Source of the DNA: an uncultured Acidobacteriaceae bacterium
GTDB taxonomy: Bacteria; Acidobacteriota; Terriglobia; Terriglobales; Acidobacteriaceae
Reading direction: 5' to 3'
NCBI GenBank assembly: GCA_964247895.1
Contig: CAXTWG010000007.1
Span: 1,518 to 65,517, forward strand
Length of the DNA stretch: 64,000 nt
This document shows positions 55,021 through 64,000 of the stretch, one piece after another (positions within the stretch are counted from its first letter, which is position 1; each line of letters begins with the position of its first letter). Position numbers and translations under genes: made by a program. The notes under the pieces were generated by a model. The model did no database searches and was not told where the DNA came from. It saw only the letters and a list, made by a program, of their open reading frames with translations.

Positions 55021-55752
55021 ATGAAACAAGCAACGATTCCCCTTGCCCTTTGCTGCGGGGCCGTAGCCTCGGCGCAAACGCTCCATGTGTACGGCGCCGG
55101 CGGCCCGCTTACTCCCGCGCGGAAGTGCGCAGACCGTTATACCGCTGTAACGCATGTGCCAGTGGTTGTAACGGTCGGACCGGAAAAGCAGTGGTTCGCC
55201 GCCGCACAAGTCGATGCAGACCTTGTATACGGAGGCGCGGAGTACATGCTCACGCAATTTGGCCTCGATCACCCCGGTTTTCTGCTGTCCGGCAGCCGTA
55301 TCGAGCTCTATGCCCGTGCGGCCGGCATCCTTGTGCGCACCAACAATCCAAAGCAGATTCACTCTCTGGCCGACCTGGCCAAGCCGGGTATTCACTTGCT
55401 CGATGTCAACGGTGCGGGCCAGATCGGTCTTTGGGAGGACCTCGCCGGGCGAGCCGGGCTCATCGATGGCTTGCAGCGGAACATTGCGCTCTCGATCAGC
55501 AGTGCCGCCGAAGCTGTGCGGCAGTGGACGGGAAGACCCGACCTGGACGCTTGGATAACTTATGAATCCTGGCATGTCCGCATGCCGGACACCACGACGT
55601 TAGTTCGCCTTCCCGATGCACAGCAGATCTATCGCGGTACGCCCATCGCTATCGCAGCCGGGTCTCCAAATAAAGCGCAGGCCGCAAACTTTCTCACGGA
55701 ACTTCAATCGCCTTCCTGCCACAGGCTTTTCAAGCACGCCGGATGGCGCTGA
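55021..55752 (+). CDS. Periplasmic anion-binding protein, AcfC/ModA-like
   Basis: Signal peptide; VYGAGGP, GPEKQW, GGAEYML, GAGQIGLWED, DAWITYESW, YRG. Confidence 0.75.
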   Translation: MKQATIPLALCCGAVASAQTLHVYGAGGPLTPARKCADRYTAVTHVPVVVTVGPEKQWFAAAQVDADLVYGGAEYMLTQFGLDHPGFLLSGSRIELYARAAGILVRTNNPKQIHSLADLAKPGIHLLDVNGAGQIGLWEDLAGRAGLIDGLQRNIALSISSAAEAVRQWTGRPDLDAWITYESWHVRMPDTTTLVRLPDAQQIYRGTPIAIAAGSPNKAQAANFLTELQSPSCHRLFKHAGWR

Positions 55753-56341
55753 TGCGCGCGAATTCAGTCAGGGTGTTCGCCCATACAGGCCGTAAGCTTT
55801 TCCAGGCTGCTGCGCACTCGAAAAGCTTGGCCAGCTATAGTGTTTTAGCGATCCACCCCCGGCTTTTGCCCGGTATCGGATTACAGCACGGTAACCGCCG
55901 AAGCCGGACGTATCTTATACGGTTGCCGCGGGTCGCCGTAGAAGCAAATATCATCCGGGAACTCTGGTGAGATTATTGCTGTACAGCCCAGGAGATAGGT
56001 GAAGAACTGCCGATCCGCCTAGAGGCTTTAACTGCCAGCGATATGTGCGCGATGCCCGTAATTGATGGTCGTGAGGTGCGGCCGCGAAGGAGGCTGAAGA
56101 ACAAGCCGCAATTCAGCTTACCGGTCAACAAACGCCAGGATCGCATACGCAATTCTCTTGAGCGAGGTACTTCCTGCAAGCCACTCGCATACGAATGCCG
56201 AAGCTCTCTCCAAATGAGAGGACAGATTTTCCAGGACTTGTTTCTAGACAAGGCTCGAGCAAACTTTCTAGAAGCGCACCCCGTATATCAAGCTGCATCG
56301 TGAAGCATGCGTACGCGAAACACATCGGTATGGGCGCACGC

Positions 56342-59300
56342 TCATCGTACGGATATCGCGACAGGTTGCGGGATTACTGGCGTGCTCCAATTGCGCGAAG
56401 AAGATATTTTTCCGGTGTATTGTTTGCGCCAGCCTTCCAGCTTCGCCTCAATCATCTCCGGCGGGATGGGCTTGCTGAATAGGTAACCCTGGAAGTCCAT
56501 CTCACCCAGGAGCAGCAGTTTATCGATATCCCTCTGATCCTCAATTCCTTCTGCCACTATGCGTTTGCCGAGTGATATGCCCAGCTTTACGACTGCATCG
56601 ACAATCTCCGCCACTCCTGTTTCATGACTCATTCCTCGCACGAAGCTGCGATCGAGCTTGAGCGAGTCCACCGGCAGTTTGTGCAAAACGCTTAAGCACG
56701 AATGCTCCATCCCAAAATCATCAATAGAAACATGTACTCCAAGCGCACGAAGCTTTGAGAGTTGCTTGATTGCGACGCACACATCGGAGAGGACGCACCT
56801 TTCGGTGATCTCGAGCTCGAGTCTTTCTGGCACCACCCCTGCTTCGGCCAAGATGCGGGCTGTTATCCCGGCGAAATCCGGGTGTTCCACCTGACGCGCT
56901 GAAACATTGACCACAATGCGGGCTCCATCCTGTATGCCCAGACCCCACCGGGCTGCATCGGCCACCGCCCGGCGCAGCACCCACTCCCCGATTGGAAACA
57001 CAAGCTCGCAGCGTTCCACAATATGGATAAATCGATCCGGAAGCACAACTCCGAGTGTTGGATCATTCAGCCGGATAAGGGCCTCCAACCCGCGCAGTTC
57101 ACCTTTCGACGAGAACTGCGGCTGGTAGTAAAGCCTGAAACGGTCGGCTTTCAACGCGGCTTCAAGATAAGCCGGCGAGAAGCTTTCCATGCGGTTTCCG
57201 GGGTGCAGTTCCTTTTCCACCCTGCCGCCCTGCTTGGCTTCATACATCGCGGCGTCAGCATAACGCTTCAGCGCTTCCGGGCTATCTCCATGATCGGGAT
57301 ACAAAGCCAAACCGATGCTCGCGGCCCCTCGCACCCGCACCCCGTCGAGCGAAAAGTCGTGCTCGAAACAGCTTTCCAGTCTTTCCTTGTAGGCTTGCGC
57401 ATCTTCTACGCTGCCGAGGGTGGTCGCAATCAGAAGAAATTCATCCCCGCCGATGCGAGCCAGAAGATCCGAGCCGCGCACGGAACGCCCGAGCCGGCCT
57501 GCAATTTGCTGCAGGTACAAGTCTCCGATCTTGTGCCCATGCTTGTCATTGACATCTTTGAATTTGTTGACATCAATGTACGCCACGCCCACGCGAGTTC
57601 CGTTGCGAGTACTTTCGGTCAAAGCGTCTTCCAGTCGCGTGTCCGCCAGACGCCGGTTCGGTAACCCGGTCAGCTGGTCGTGCGTGGAACGGTGGTTCAG
57701 TTCCTCGTAAAGCCGGCGCTGATTTACAGCCAGGTTTGTCAGGCCTGCTCCTGTCGCAAGTGTCTCTTTTTGTTCTCGCGAAAGCGGCTTTTCTCCATTG
57801 TTTTCCACTCGGAACTCGCCGATGTGCCGCCCTTTTGCATCTGTAAGCCATGCTTCATAAATCGGCACGAGATCGCCAATTTGGCCGGGCGCGAAAGCGC
57901 AGGGGCTTTCTTCACCGTGCAAGACATACGAGCAGCGGGCTCCGGGGACCAGGGACGCAACCGTTGCGCAAATATCCTGTAGCAGCTCATCCAGCGGCAT
58001 TTCTGAATTGATCTGCTCCAAAAGTCGGCTGCGTTCCCGCTCCACCCGCATGGAGCACTCGATTTGCTCCGTTTGATTCGCAACCCTGCGGCGGAGCACT
58101 GCTACCCACATAAGGATGGAAGCCGTAATCCCGAGTAGCCCTCCTCCAGCAAGTCCAAGGTGCTTGGCGGTCCACCATGATGGATATGCCAGCACTCGCA
58201 GATCATCTGCATTGCGCAGGTCCAGGCGAAACAGGAGCGGCTGGCCCCATGCGCTCGGCGTAACCCGGCATATTCCTCTCACCTCAACCAGGGTTCCAGG
58301 CTGCATGTAGGGCAGCGAAGCACGACCCTTCTTCTGCATCACGAAATTGACCGGGTGCTGGTCGACCATGACCACCATGGCATCCGAAAACTCACCTCGC
58401 AACTCAGAAAGGACACGCCCGCGCATGCTTACGAATGCGTCGCTGAAGTGACCGCTCATTGCTTCTGCGTAGGTGGCTGGCCGTGGCGTAATTTGCTGCC
58501 GGTAGCCCAAGGGAAAGAACTGCGCATGCTCAAGCACAGCGGAATATGCGTGGTCATCCGCGAAACCGACAACGTCCACCACTGAACCAAGCGGTAACGG
58601 GTCAGTTTGCCGGGTAAATGCGAGCAGATTTTGACTGCCCTGTTGGATCACGAGTGAATTGCCCGGCTCAAACGCAGTGACCGCACCGCGCACGCGCACA
58701 CGTTTGGACTGGTCGAGCACGAAGCGCGACTCCATAAGCCGGTCGATGGCTGTCATGGGAAGCTTGAATGGCTCCACGCGCGGTTCATGCAAGAGGCGCA
58801 CGTCGTCGGAACCGGAAGCGTACAGTTTGGGCCGCATCAGCTGGAGTGAATCGTTGAAATCGGCTCCAGCAACGCCCGAAACTTCGACTTCCGCATCGAT
58901 CAGCTCGCGAAGCCGTAACTGGTCATACCGCTGGGCATATACCTGGACGATGCCGCCCGGCGTGAGCAGCTGCATTTGCGCCACCGTAGAGGACCCGTGA
59001 CTTTCAATCGTCGCCGCGCGAATAGTGCCCTGGATCGAGACACGCTGGCAGTCGAGCTCGCCTGAAATGAGCTGCCGGTACACAACCGGCTTTGCCTGCA
59101 CCTGCCGCCCGGGGCCGAGTACCCGGACCCGGGCGCCTAGAGCGACAATGCTGCGGAAGCTGGCTTGGGTTACCCCATCGACCTCGACCATGTCGCCGAC
59201 ATGCACCGGAAAGGCGTATGGCTTTCCAACGGAAATGTAAACGGCCCCACTCTTGTCTGCGACAAAAAGGTTTTTCTCGCCGGGCTGGTAGAAAGTCACG

Positions 59301-59530
59301 GTCGCAATAAGATGTACGGGCAGAGCTTCAGCGGCTTCCTCGGCGGGCATGTCGTGCACCTGACGCGCCGATGTCACGATCCAGGGCTCTGCGCCTGCGA
59401 CTTTAGCCAGACTGCCTGAGATTGCCGTAAGTACCATCAGCGCTATGGCCAGGTATCGCGCACCAAGAATTGTCGGCCAGAAATGCCTGCTGTCTTGGTC
59501 GCGAATGGATGGTATACGGCAGGAAAGCAT
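56342..59530 (-). CDS. Membrane-anchored GGDEF-EAL c-di-GMP enzyme with four OB-fold-like extracytoplasmic repeats
   Basis: Signal peptide; TM at about aa 460-480; HDQLTGLPNR, RGSD I-site, GGDEF, LEALIR, DDFG, AEGIE. Confidence 0.92.
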   Translation of the reverse strand: MLSCRIPSIRDQDSRHFWPTILGARYLAIALMVLTAISGSLAKVAGAEPWIVTSARQVHDMPAEEAAEALPVHLIATVTFYQPGEKNLFVADKSGAVYISVGKPYAFPVHVGDMVEVDGVTQASFRSIVALGARVRVLGPGRQVQAKPVVYRQLISGELDCQRVSIQGTIRAATIESHGSSTVAQMQLLTPGGIVQVYAQRYDQLRLRELIDAEVEVSGVAGADFNDSLQLMRPKLYASGSDDVRLLHEPRVEPFKLPMTAIDRLMESRFVLDQSKRVRVRGAVTAFEPGNSLVIQQGSQNLLAFTRQTDPLPLGSVVDVVGFADDHAYSAVLEHAQFFPLGYRQQITPRPATYAEAMSGHFSDAFVSMRGRVLSELRGEFSDAMVVMVDQHPVNFVMQKKGRASLPYMQPGTLVEVRGICRVTPSAWGQPLLFRLDLRNADDLRVLAYPSWWTAKHLGLAGGGLLGITASILMWVAVLRRRVANQTEQIECSMRVERERSRLLEQINSEMPLDELLQDICATVASLVPGARCSYVLHGEESPCAFAPGQIGDLVPIYEAWLTDAKGRHIGEFRVENNGEKPLSREQKETLATGAGLTNLAVNQRRLYEELNHRSTHDQLTGLPNRRLADTRLEDALTESTRNGTRVGVAYIDVNKFKDVNDKHGHKIGDLYLQQIAGRLGRSVRGSDLLARIGGDEFLLIATTLGSVEDAQAYKERLESCFEHDFSLDGVRVRGAASIGLALYPDHGDSPEALKRYADAAMYEAKQGGRVEKELHPGNRMESFSPAYLEAALKADRFRLYYQPQFSSKGELRGLEALIRLNDPTLGVVLPDRFIHIVERCELVFPIGEWVLRRAVADAARWGLGIQDGARIVVNVSARQVEHPDFAGITARILAEAGVVPERLELEITERCVLSDVCVAIKQLSKLRALGVHVSIDDFGMEHSCLSVLHKLPVDSLKLDRSFVRGMSHETGVAEIVDAVVKLGISLGKRIVAEGIEDQRDIDKLLLLGEMDFQGYLFSKPIPPEMIEAKLEGWRKQYTGKISSSRNWSTPVIPQPVAISVR

Positions 59531-59779
59531 TGCGAGTTCCTTAGCGCTCTTGTACTGACTCCATCGGCCAAACCGCTTACTTCTCTAGAGGGGCGAGGAA
59601 AAGAAATGTTCCATTGGTAATGGGAACGCGATCGTATCTCACTGAGGTTTCTATTCACGTAGCTACTCTCGTCCCGACAAAAGTTACCAGTGGTGTGTTC
59701 AGCCCCTGAACGGAATCGGCCAACAGGCCGATAAAGGGAACACGGGCCCAGCGCGGGCATTTCAGAAAGGCAACACTGC

Positions 59780-60649
59780 ATGTTTTCTATACTCGGCATT
59801 CTGGTTGTCTTCGGCGCGGTTATCGGCGGTTTTCTCATGGAGAAAGGAAACCTTGCCGTCCTTGTTCAGCCAGCCGAACTTGTCACCATTGGCGGAGCGG
59901 CTATCGGGACGATGCTCGCGGCCAATCCCATGCACGTGCTCAAGGGAATTAGCGGCGGCCTCATCGGTGTGCTAGGCGGCCCCAAATTCCCCAAGCAGCG
60001 TTATTTGGACACGCTGAAAATGATGTTCGACCTCTTCACCAAAGCAAGAAAAGAGGGCATGGTTTCTATTGAGAACGACGTCGAAGAAGCGGACGCGAGT
60101 GAAATTTTCAAAAGGTATCCGGCGTTTCTCAAGGATCACCATGTTCGGGATTTTGTTTGCGACACCATGCGTATGGCGATCACCGGCGGCGTGAGCACCT
60201 TCGATGTGGACCAGATGATGGATCTCGACATGGAAGTGCACCATAAATGTGCGGAGCAGCCTACCAGTGCTCTCACCACGGTTGCCGACGCCCTGCCTGG
60301 TCTCGGTATCGTCGCCGCAGTGCTCGGCATTGTCGTCACCATGGGTTCGCTCGGGGGGCCTCCGGAGCAGATTGGCCACAAGGTGGCTGCTGCGCTGGTC
60401 GGTACCTTTTTGGGTATTTTGCTTTGCTACGGCCTGCTCGGGCCTTTAGCTTCCGCCATGGGCAAGCGCGTCGTAGACGAGCACGGCTACTACTACATCC
60501 TTCGTGTCGTCATGCTCTCCTTCATTAAAGGGATGTCTCCGATTCTTGCCGTGGAAATGGCGCGCCGCGCTATCCCCGGCCACCTGCGGCCCTCTTTTAC
60601 CGAAGTTGAAAATGTGTGCCGGGGCAAAGCGGCTGAAAGCGCGAGCTGA
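59780..60649 (+). CDS. motA: Flagellar motor stator protein MotA
   Basis: QPAELVTIGG, ARKEG, PGLGIVAAVLGIV, IGHKVAAALVGTFLGILLCYG, EMARR. Confidence 0.95.
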   Translation: MFSILGILVVFGAVIGGFLMEKGNLAVLVQPAELVTIGGAAIGTMLAANPMHVLKGISGGLIGVLGGPKFPKQRYLDTLKMMFDLFTKARKEGMVSIENDVEEADASEIFKRYPAFLKDHHVRDFVCDTMRMAITGGVSTFDVDQMMDLDMEVHHKCAEQPTSALTTVADALPGLGIVAAVLGIVVTMGSLGGPPEQIGHKVAAALVGTFLGILLCYGLLGPLASAMGKRVVDEHGYYYILRVVMLSFIKGMSPILAVEMARRAIPGHLRPSFTEVENVCRGKAAESAS

Positions 60650-60651
60650 AT

Positions 60652-61512
60652 ATGCCGGCACCCCAGCCTCCAATTATTGTGATCAAGAAAAAGGGCGGCC
60701 ACAGCGGCGGCCACCATGGAGGTGCATGGAAGGTCGCGTATGCAGATTTTGTGACCGCCATGATGGCTTTGTTCATCGTTCTCTGGCTGATGAGCAGTTC
60801 CACTAAAGAGGAAAAGCAAGTAATCGCGGGCTACTTTCGCGATCCGAACGGTAAGTCCGCGCAAAAAGGCACGGACCGCTCGGGCACGGGCGAGAATATT
60901 CTGCTTAATAAGCAAGACATGACAAAGTTGAAGCAGGCATTACAGCAAGCCATTCACAAAGTGGATCCGCTTGATTCACTCAAGAAGCAGATTGAACTCA
61001 CCATTACCCCGGAGGGGCTGCGCATCGAGCTTCTTGAAGATCCGAAAGGCACTTTTTTCGAGACCGGAAAAACGGAACCTACCCCTGTTCTCGTTTCGAT
61101 TTTGAAGATACTTTCAGCCCAGCTCGGACCGCTTCCCAACCGGATTTCCATTGAAGGTCACACGGATGCCCAGCCTTATACGAATGACAAAACTTATAGC
61201 AACTGGGAGCTTTCCGCTGATCGGGCCAACGTAGCCCGTCGGCTGATGCAAGCCAATGGGGTGCGGCGTAATCAGGTCGCGCAGGTGCGGGGTTTTGCCG
61301 ATCAACGGCTTCGCGACCCGAAAAATCCCTTCAATGCCGCGAATCGCCGTATCTCGTTGATTGTGCAATATCTCGAAATAGGCAAAGATTTGCCTTTTGC
61401 AAGCCTGGCAAGTCCAGCAGTTCCTTCCCAGGGCACACCGGGTGACAGCAAGCCTGTATCTGGAGCGGCGGCAGAAAAGGTGGCTTCTGCCCGTCTTGGC
61501 GCAGGTCATTAG
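60652..61512 (+). CDS. motB: Flagellar motor stator protein MotB
   Basis: HHGGAWKVAYADFVTAMMA; OmpA-like IEGHTD, NWELSADRA, NRRISL. Confidence 0.95.
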   Translation: MPAPQPPIIVIKKKGGHSGGHHGGAWKVAYADFVTAMMALFIVLWLMSSSTKEEKQVIAGYFRDPNGKSAQKGTDRSGTGENILLNKQDMTKLKQALQQAIHKVDPLDSLKKQIELTITPEGLRIELLEDPKGTFFETGKTEPTPVLVSILKILSAQLGPLPNRISIEGHTDAQPYTNDKTYSNWELSADRANVARRLMQANGVRRNQVAQVRGFADQRLRDPKNPFNAANRRISLIVQYLEIGKDLPFASLASPAVPSQGTPGDSKPVSGAAAEKVASARLGAGH

Positions 61513-61660
61513 CATTCCTGAGTCCAAACCCTCATTCGATGGAGCGTGCCGGTACAGTTCCGGAGTGGGAAAGCGGAAGTCACGTTGGTACTGTGGAGTG
61601 TCATTCTTTTACCGGGGCTGCCGATGTGTGGGCTATAGTCGCCCACAGGAACCCACACAG

Positions 61661-62458
61661 ATGGAAGAAAACGGACTGCACCCGCACAAAATAGGGCAGC
61701 CTTTTGCACAGTGCGCTCCGCTGAGCGCGCCTGCCGAAGCCGCATCGCGCAAAATTGTTGTTTCTGAGCAAACCGCAGTCCGCATCCTCGTTGTTGAGGA
61801 CGATATTCCTTTGGCACGGCTGCTCTGCTCGTGGCTCGCTTCCGAAGGCTATGTTGGCGATGTTGCTCACCACGGCGAGGCTGCCCTCGCCAAACTCGAG
61901 GCAGACATGTTCCATCTCGTGCTTCTCGACCTGAACCTCCCAGGCATGGATGGCCTCACCCTGCTCCCGAAGGTCCACGCCATGTGCCCAGGGATTCCTG
62001 TCATGGTACTTACCGGGCGTAGCCGTACTGAAGATCGGGTCGAAAGTCTCAATGGCGGCGCTGACGACTGCCTGATCAAACCCTTTTCGCTCCTGGAGTT
62101 GCTTGCCCGTATGCGCGTGCTCCTGCGCCGCCGCCCTTCCTCGTTGGACGTAGAGCTGCCGTCCAGGAAAGAGCCGGGCCTGCTTCTTAACCGCGAGGAG
62201 TACCGTGTCGAGCGCGGCGGTCGCCGCATCGAGCTCACCCCCCGCGAGTTTGCTCTTCTCGATTTCCTGATGCAGAACGCGCCGAAACCCGTTTCCCGTG
62301 CCACGCTTATGGAAGAAGTCTGGCGCGTGCCGTTCGACCCAACCACCAACATTGTCGATGTTTATATGAAGTACCTTCGCGACAAGATTGATTCCACCGG
62401 CGAAGCAAAGCTGATTCGCACAGTGCGGGGAGTCGGCTATGCCCTTGCCTGTGCCTAG
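61661..62458 (+). CDS. OmpR/PhoB-family response regulator
   Basis: ILVVEDD, LLDLNLP, GADDCLIKPF, LTPREF, NIVDVY, IRTVRGVGY. Start is uncertain. Confidence 0.9.
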   Translation: MEENGLHPHKIGQPFAQCAPLSAPAEAASRKIVVSEQTAVRILVVEDDIPLARLLCSWLASEGYVGDVAHHGEAALAKLEADMFHLVLLDLNLPGMDGLTLLPKVHAMCPGIPVMVLTGRSRTEDRVESLNGGADDCLIKPFSLLELLARMRVLLRRRPSSLDVELPSRKEPGLLLNREEYRVERGGRRIELTPREFALLDFLMQNAPKPVSRATLMEEVWRVPFDPTTNIVDVYMKYLRDKIDSTGEAKLIRTVRGVGYALACA

Positions 62459-63644
62459 TCCCGAGTTGTCCGCCGGTGAAGCACCGTGGCTTTCGCCTAT
62501 ACGAGCCGGCGAGCGCGACCCAGTCCGGACACTGCTTGTCAGCCCGAACCCACGCCTCCGCGCGCAAATCCGCGAAAAGATCGGCAATCCGCGCTGGATT
62601 CTTTGTGAAGCCAGCAGCGGCGCCGAGGCGCTCGAGCAGCTTGGAGAGACGCGCACCGAAGTGCTTCTGCTCGACCCCATGCTCCCCGACATCGTCGCAA
62701 ACGAGTTCAGCGCTCTCGTCCTCCAGCGCTTTCCTTCCATTGAAATCCTCACCCTCAATGCACAAACCGGCCATCTGCTTCTGGCAAATGCGTCCCCCAC
62801 TCCACTCGCGGCGCAGCTGACTAGTTTGATTTACACAGGCGCGATCCCGGATACCCCTTTCGCGTACCCGCCCCAGCGGGCGGAGCAGCGCGAGGGCGAG
62901 CAGCGCACCGGACTTCGCGGCATGGTCGGCGGCTCGCCCGCAATGCAGCGTGTTTACCGGCTCACCGAGATGGTCGCCCGTTCCGAAACTACCGTCCTGA
63001 TTACCGGCGAGAGCGGCACCGGCAAGGACCTGGTCGCGCAGGCTATCCACATGATCAGCCCGCGCGCGAAGCACCCTTTCGCAGTCGTCAACTGCGCCGC
63101 AATTCCTGAAGCTCTTCTTGAAGCCGAGCTTTTCGGCTACGCCAAAGGAGCATTCACGGGTGCCATGCAGTCGCGCATCGGGCGCATCCATGCGGCGCAC
63201 GGCGGCACACTCTTTCTGGATGAGATCGGGGATATGCCGCTTTCGCTCCAGAGTAAGATCCTGCGTTTTCTGGAGCAGGGCGAGGTGCAGCGGCTCGGGG
63301 GTAACGATAACTTGAAGGTAGATGTCCGTGTTGTCGCGGCAACCAACGCCGATCTGAAAACACTCGCGGGACAAAAACTCTTTCGCGAGGACCTTTATTA
63401 CAGGCTCGCAGTCTTCCCCGTGCAGTTACCGGCCCTGCGTGAGCGCGAAGGGGACATCCGGGTTCTGGTTGAGAGCTTTGCCGCGAAATTTTGCCCCGGC
63501 GTTCGCATCGCACCTGAGGTATTCGAGCTATTGTCCACGCACAACTGGCCCGGCAACGTTCGCGAATTACGCAATACAATGGAGCGAGCTTCCATCCTTC
63601 TCGATGGGGCTCGGACCATGGCGCGCGAACACATCCTACTGTGA
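62439..63644 (+). CDS. Sigma-54 activator (FleQ/FlgR-like) with atypical receiver and no C-terminal HTH
   Basis: GESGTGKD, VNCAAIPE, GAFTGA, LFLDEIG, FREDLYYRL, WPGNVRELRN; stop codon 22 aa later. Confidence 0.9.
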   Translation: MPLPVPSPELSAGEAPWLSPIRAGERDPVRTLLVSPNPRLRAQIREKIGNPRWILCEASSGAEALEQLGETRTEVLLLDPMLPDIVANEFSALVLQRFPSIEILTLNAQTGHLLLANASPTPLAAQLTSLIYTGAIPDTPFAYPPQRAEQREGEQRTGLRGMVGGSPAMQRVYRLTEMVARSETTVLITGESGTGKDLVAQAIHMISPRAKHPFAVVNCAAIPEALLEAELFGYAKGAFTGAMQSRIGRIHAAHGGTLFLDEIGDMPLSLQSKILRFLEQGEVQRLGGNDNLKVDVRVVAATNADLKTLAGQKLFREDLYYRLAVFPVQLPALREREGDIRVLVESFAAKFCPGVRIAPEVFELLSTHNWPGNVRELRNTMERASILLDGARTMAREHILL

Positions 63645-64000
63645 GCGATGCCTTACAGCCGGGTCTTGCCGACGCTCTGTTCATTCTTCGGCATATCGGA
63701 GGACAGCGAAGGAATGCAATGGAAGGTTGCATGCGGTTTAAGGGCCGAGCCTGGCCAGCCCGGAGGCGATTCGGCACTTTGTGATTTCGTAAAGTGGGCC
63801 CTCAAAGGGTTCGGTCATGTGCAAAAGTGGTCTTCGTCTATCGCCAGCTTTCCATTCGACAAGCTGACTCAAAGGTACTGGACTGGGCGCGCCCGTAATT
63901 TATGCGCCGAAAAAGGCGTAGTCGGGGCGATCGCCCAAATTTTTATGACGAAAAGCACGGTAGATCGCGCGGTTTTTGAGGAAGAACACGCCGGGGAGCT

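Noticed and set aside
55753-56341. Small ORFs (55743, 55973, 56043, 56125)
   Set aside because: No SD, no motifs and atypical composition; coding status unsupported.
63645-64000. Sigma-54 promoter or dif site in the terminal intergenic region
   Set aside because: No correctly spaced GG-N10-GC box and no XerC/D arm pair found.
1-64000. tRNA, rRNA, transposase, integrase, prophage or defence genes
   Set aside because: None recognisable in the ORF track or the intergenic sequence.

Overview
64 kb of GC-rich bacterial chromosome, most consistent with Acidobacteriota. That assignment is an inference from three Oar-like TonB-dependent receptors, a TPR/CRTAC1 pair, a kinase-like SPOR protein and an acidobacterial-type REP-like hairpin. 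I count about 42 genes and saw no rRNA, tRNA, CRISPR array or transposase. The left third is glycan/polymer foraging: 3 TBDRs, PI-PLC, a GH5-like hydrolase, GH18 chitinase, an S53 protease with a ricin lectin domain, a large GH-A hydrolase and a frameshifted Tat-protein remnant. It also holds a DUF2064-GT87-GT2 membrane glycosylation operon. The middle has a hexuronate operon (SDR-uxaC-exuT) ending in larB, followed by an OafA-type acyltransferase, OYE reductase, exported amidase and hydrolase, GH3, M61 peptidase and a type IA topoisomerase. The right part has a pseudokinase-TM-SPOR protein, a sulfite-oxidase/LysR/anion-binding-protein module, a GGDEF-EAL protein with four OB-like extracellular repeats, motAB, an OmpR-type regulator and a sigma-54 activator lacking an HTH. 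The strongest candidates for undescribed biology are the pseudokinase-SPOR sensor, larB inside a uronate operon, the TBDR-TPR-CRTAC1 module, the sulfite module and the DUF2064-GT-C-GT2 operon. All calls come from reading motifs by eye; no database searches were run, and several start codons were re-chosen relative to the ORF track.
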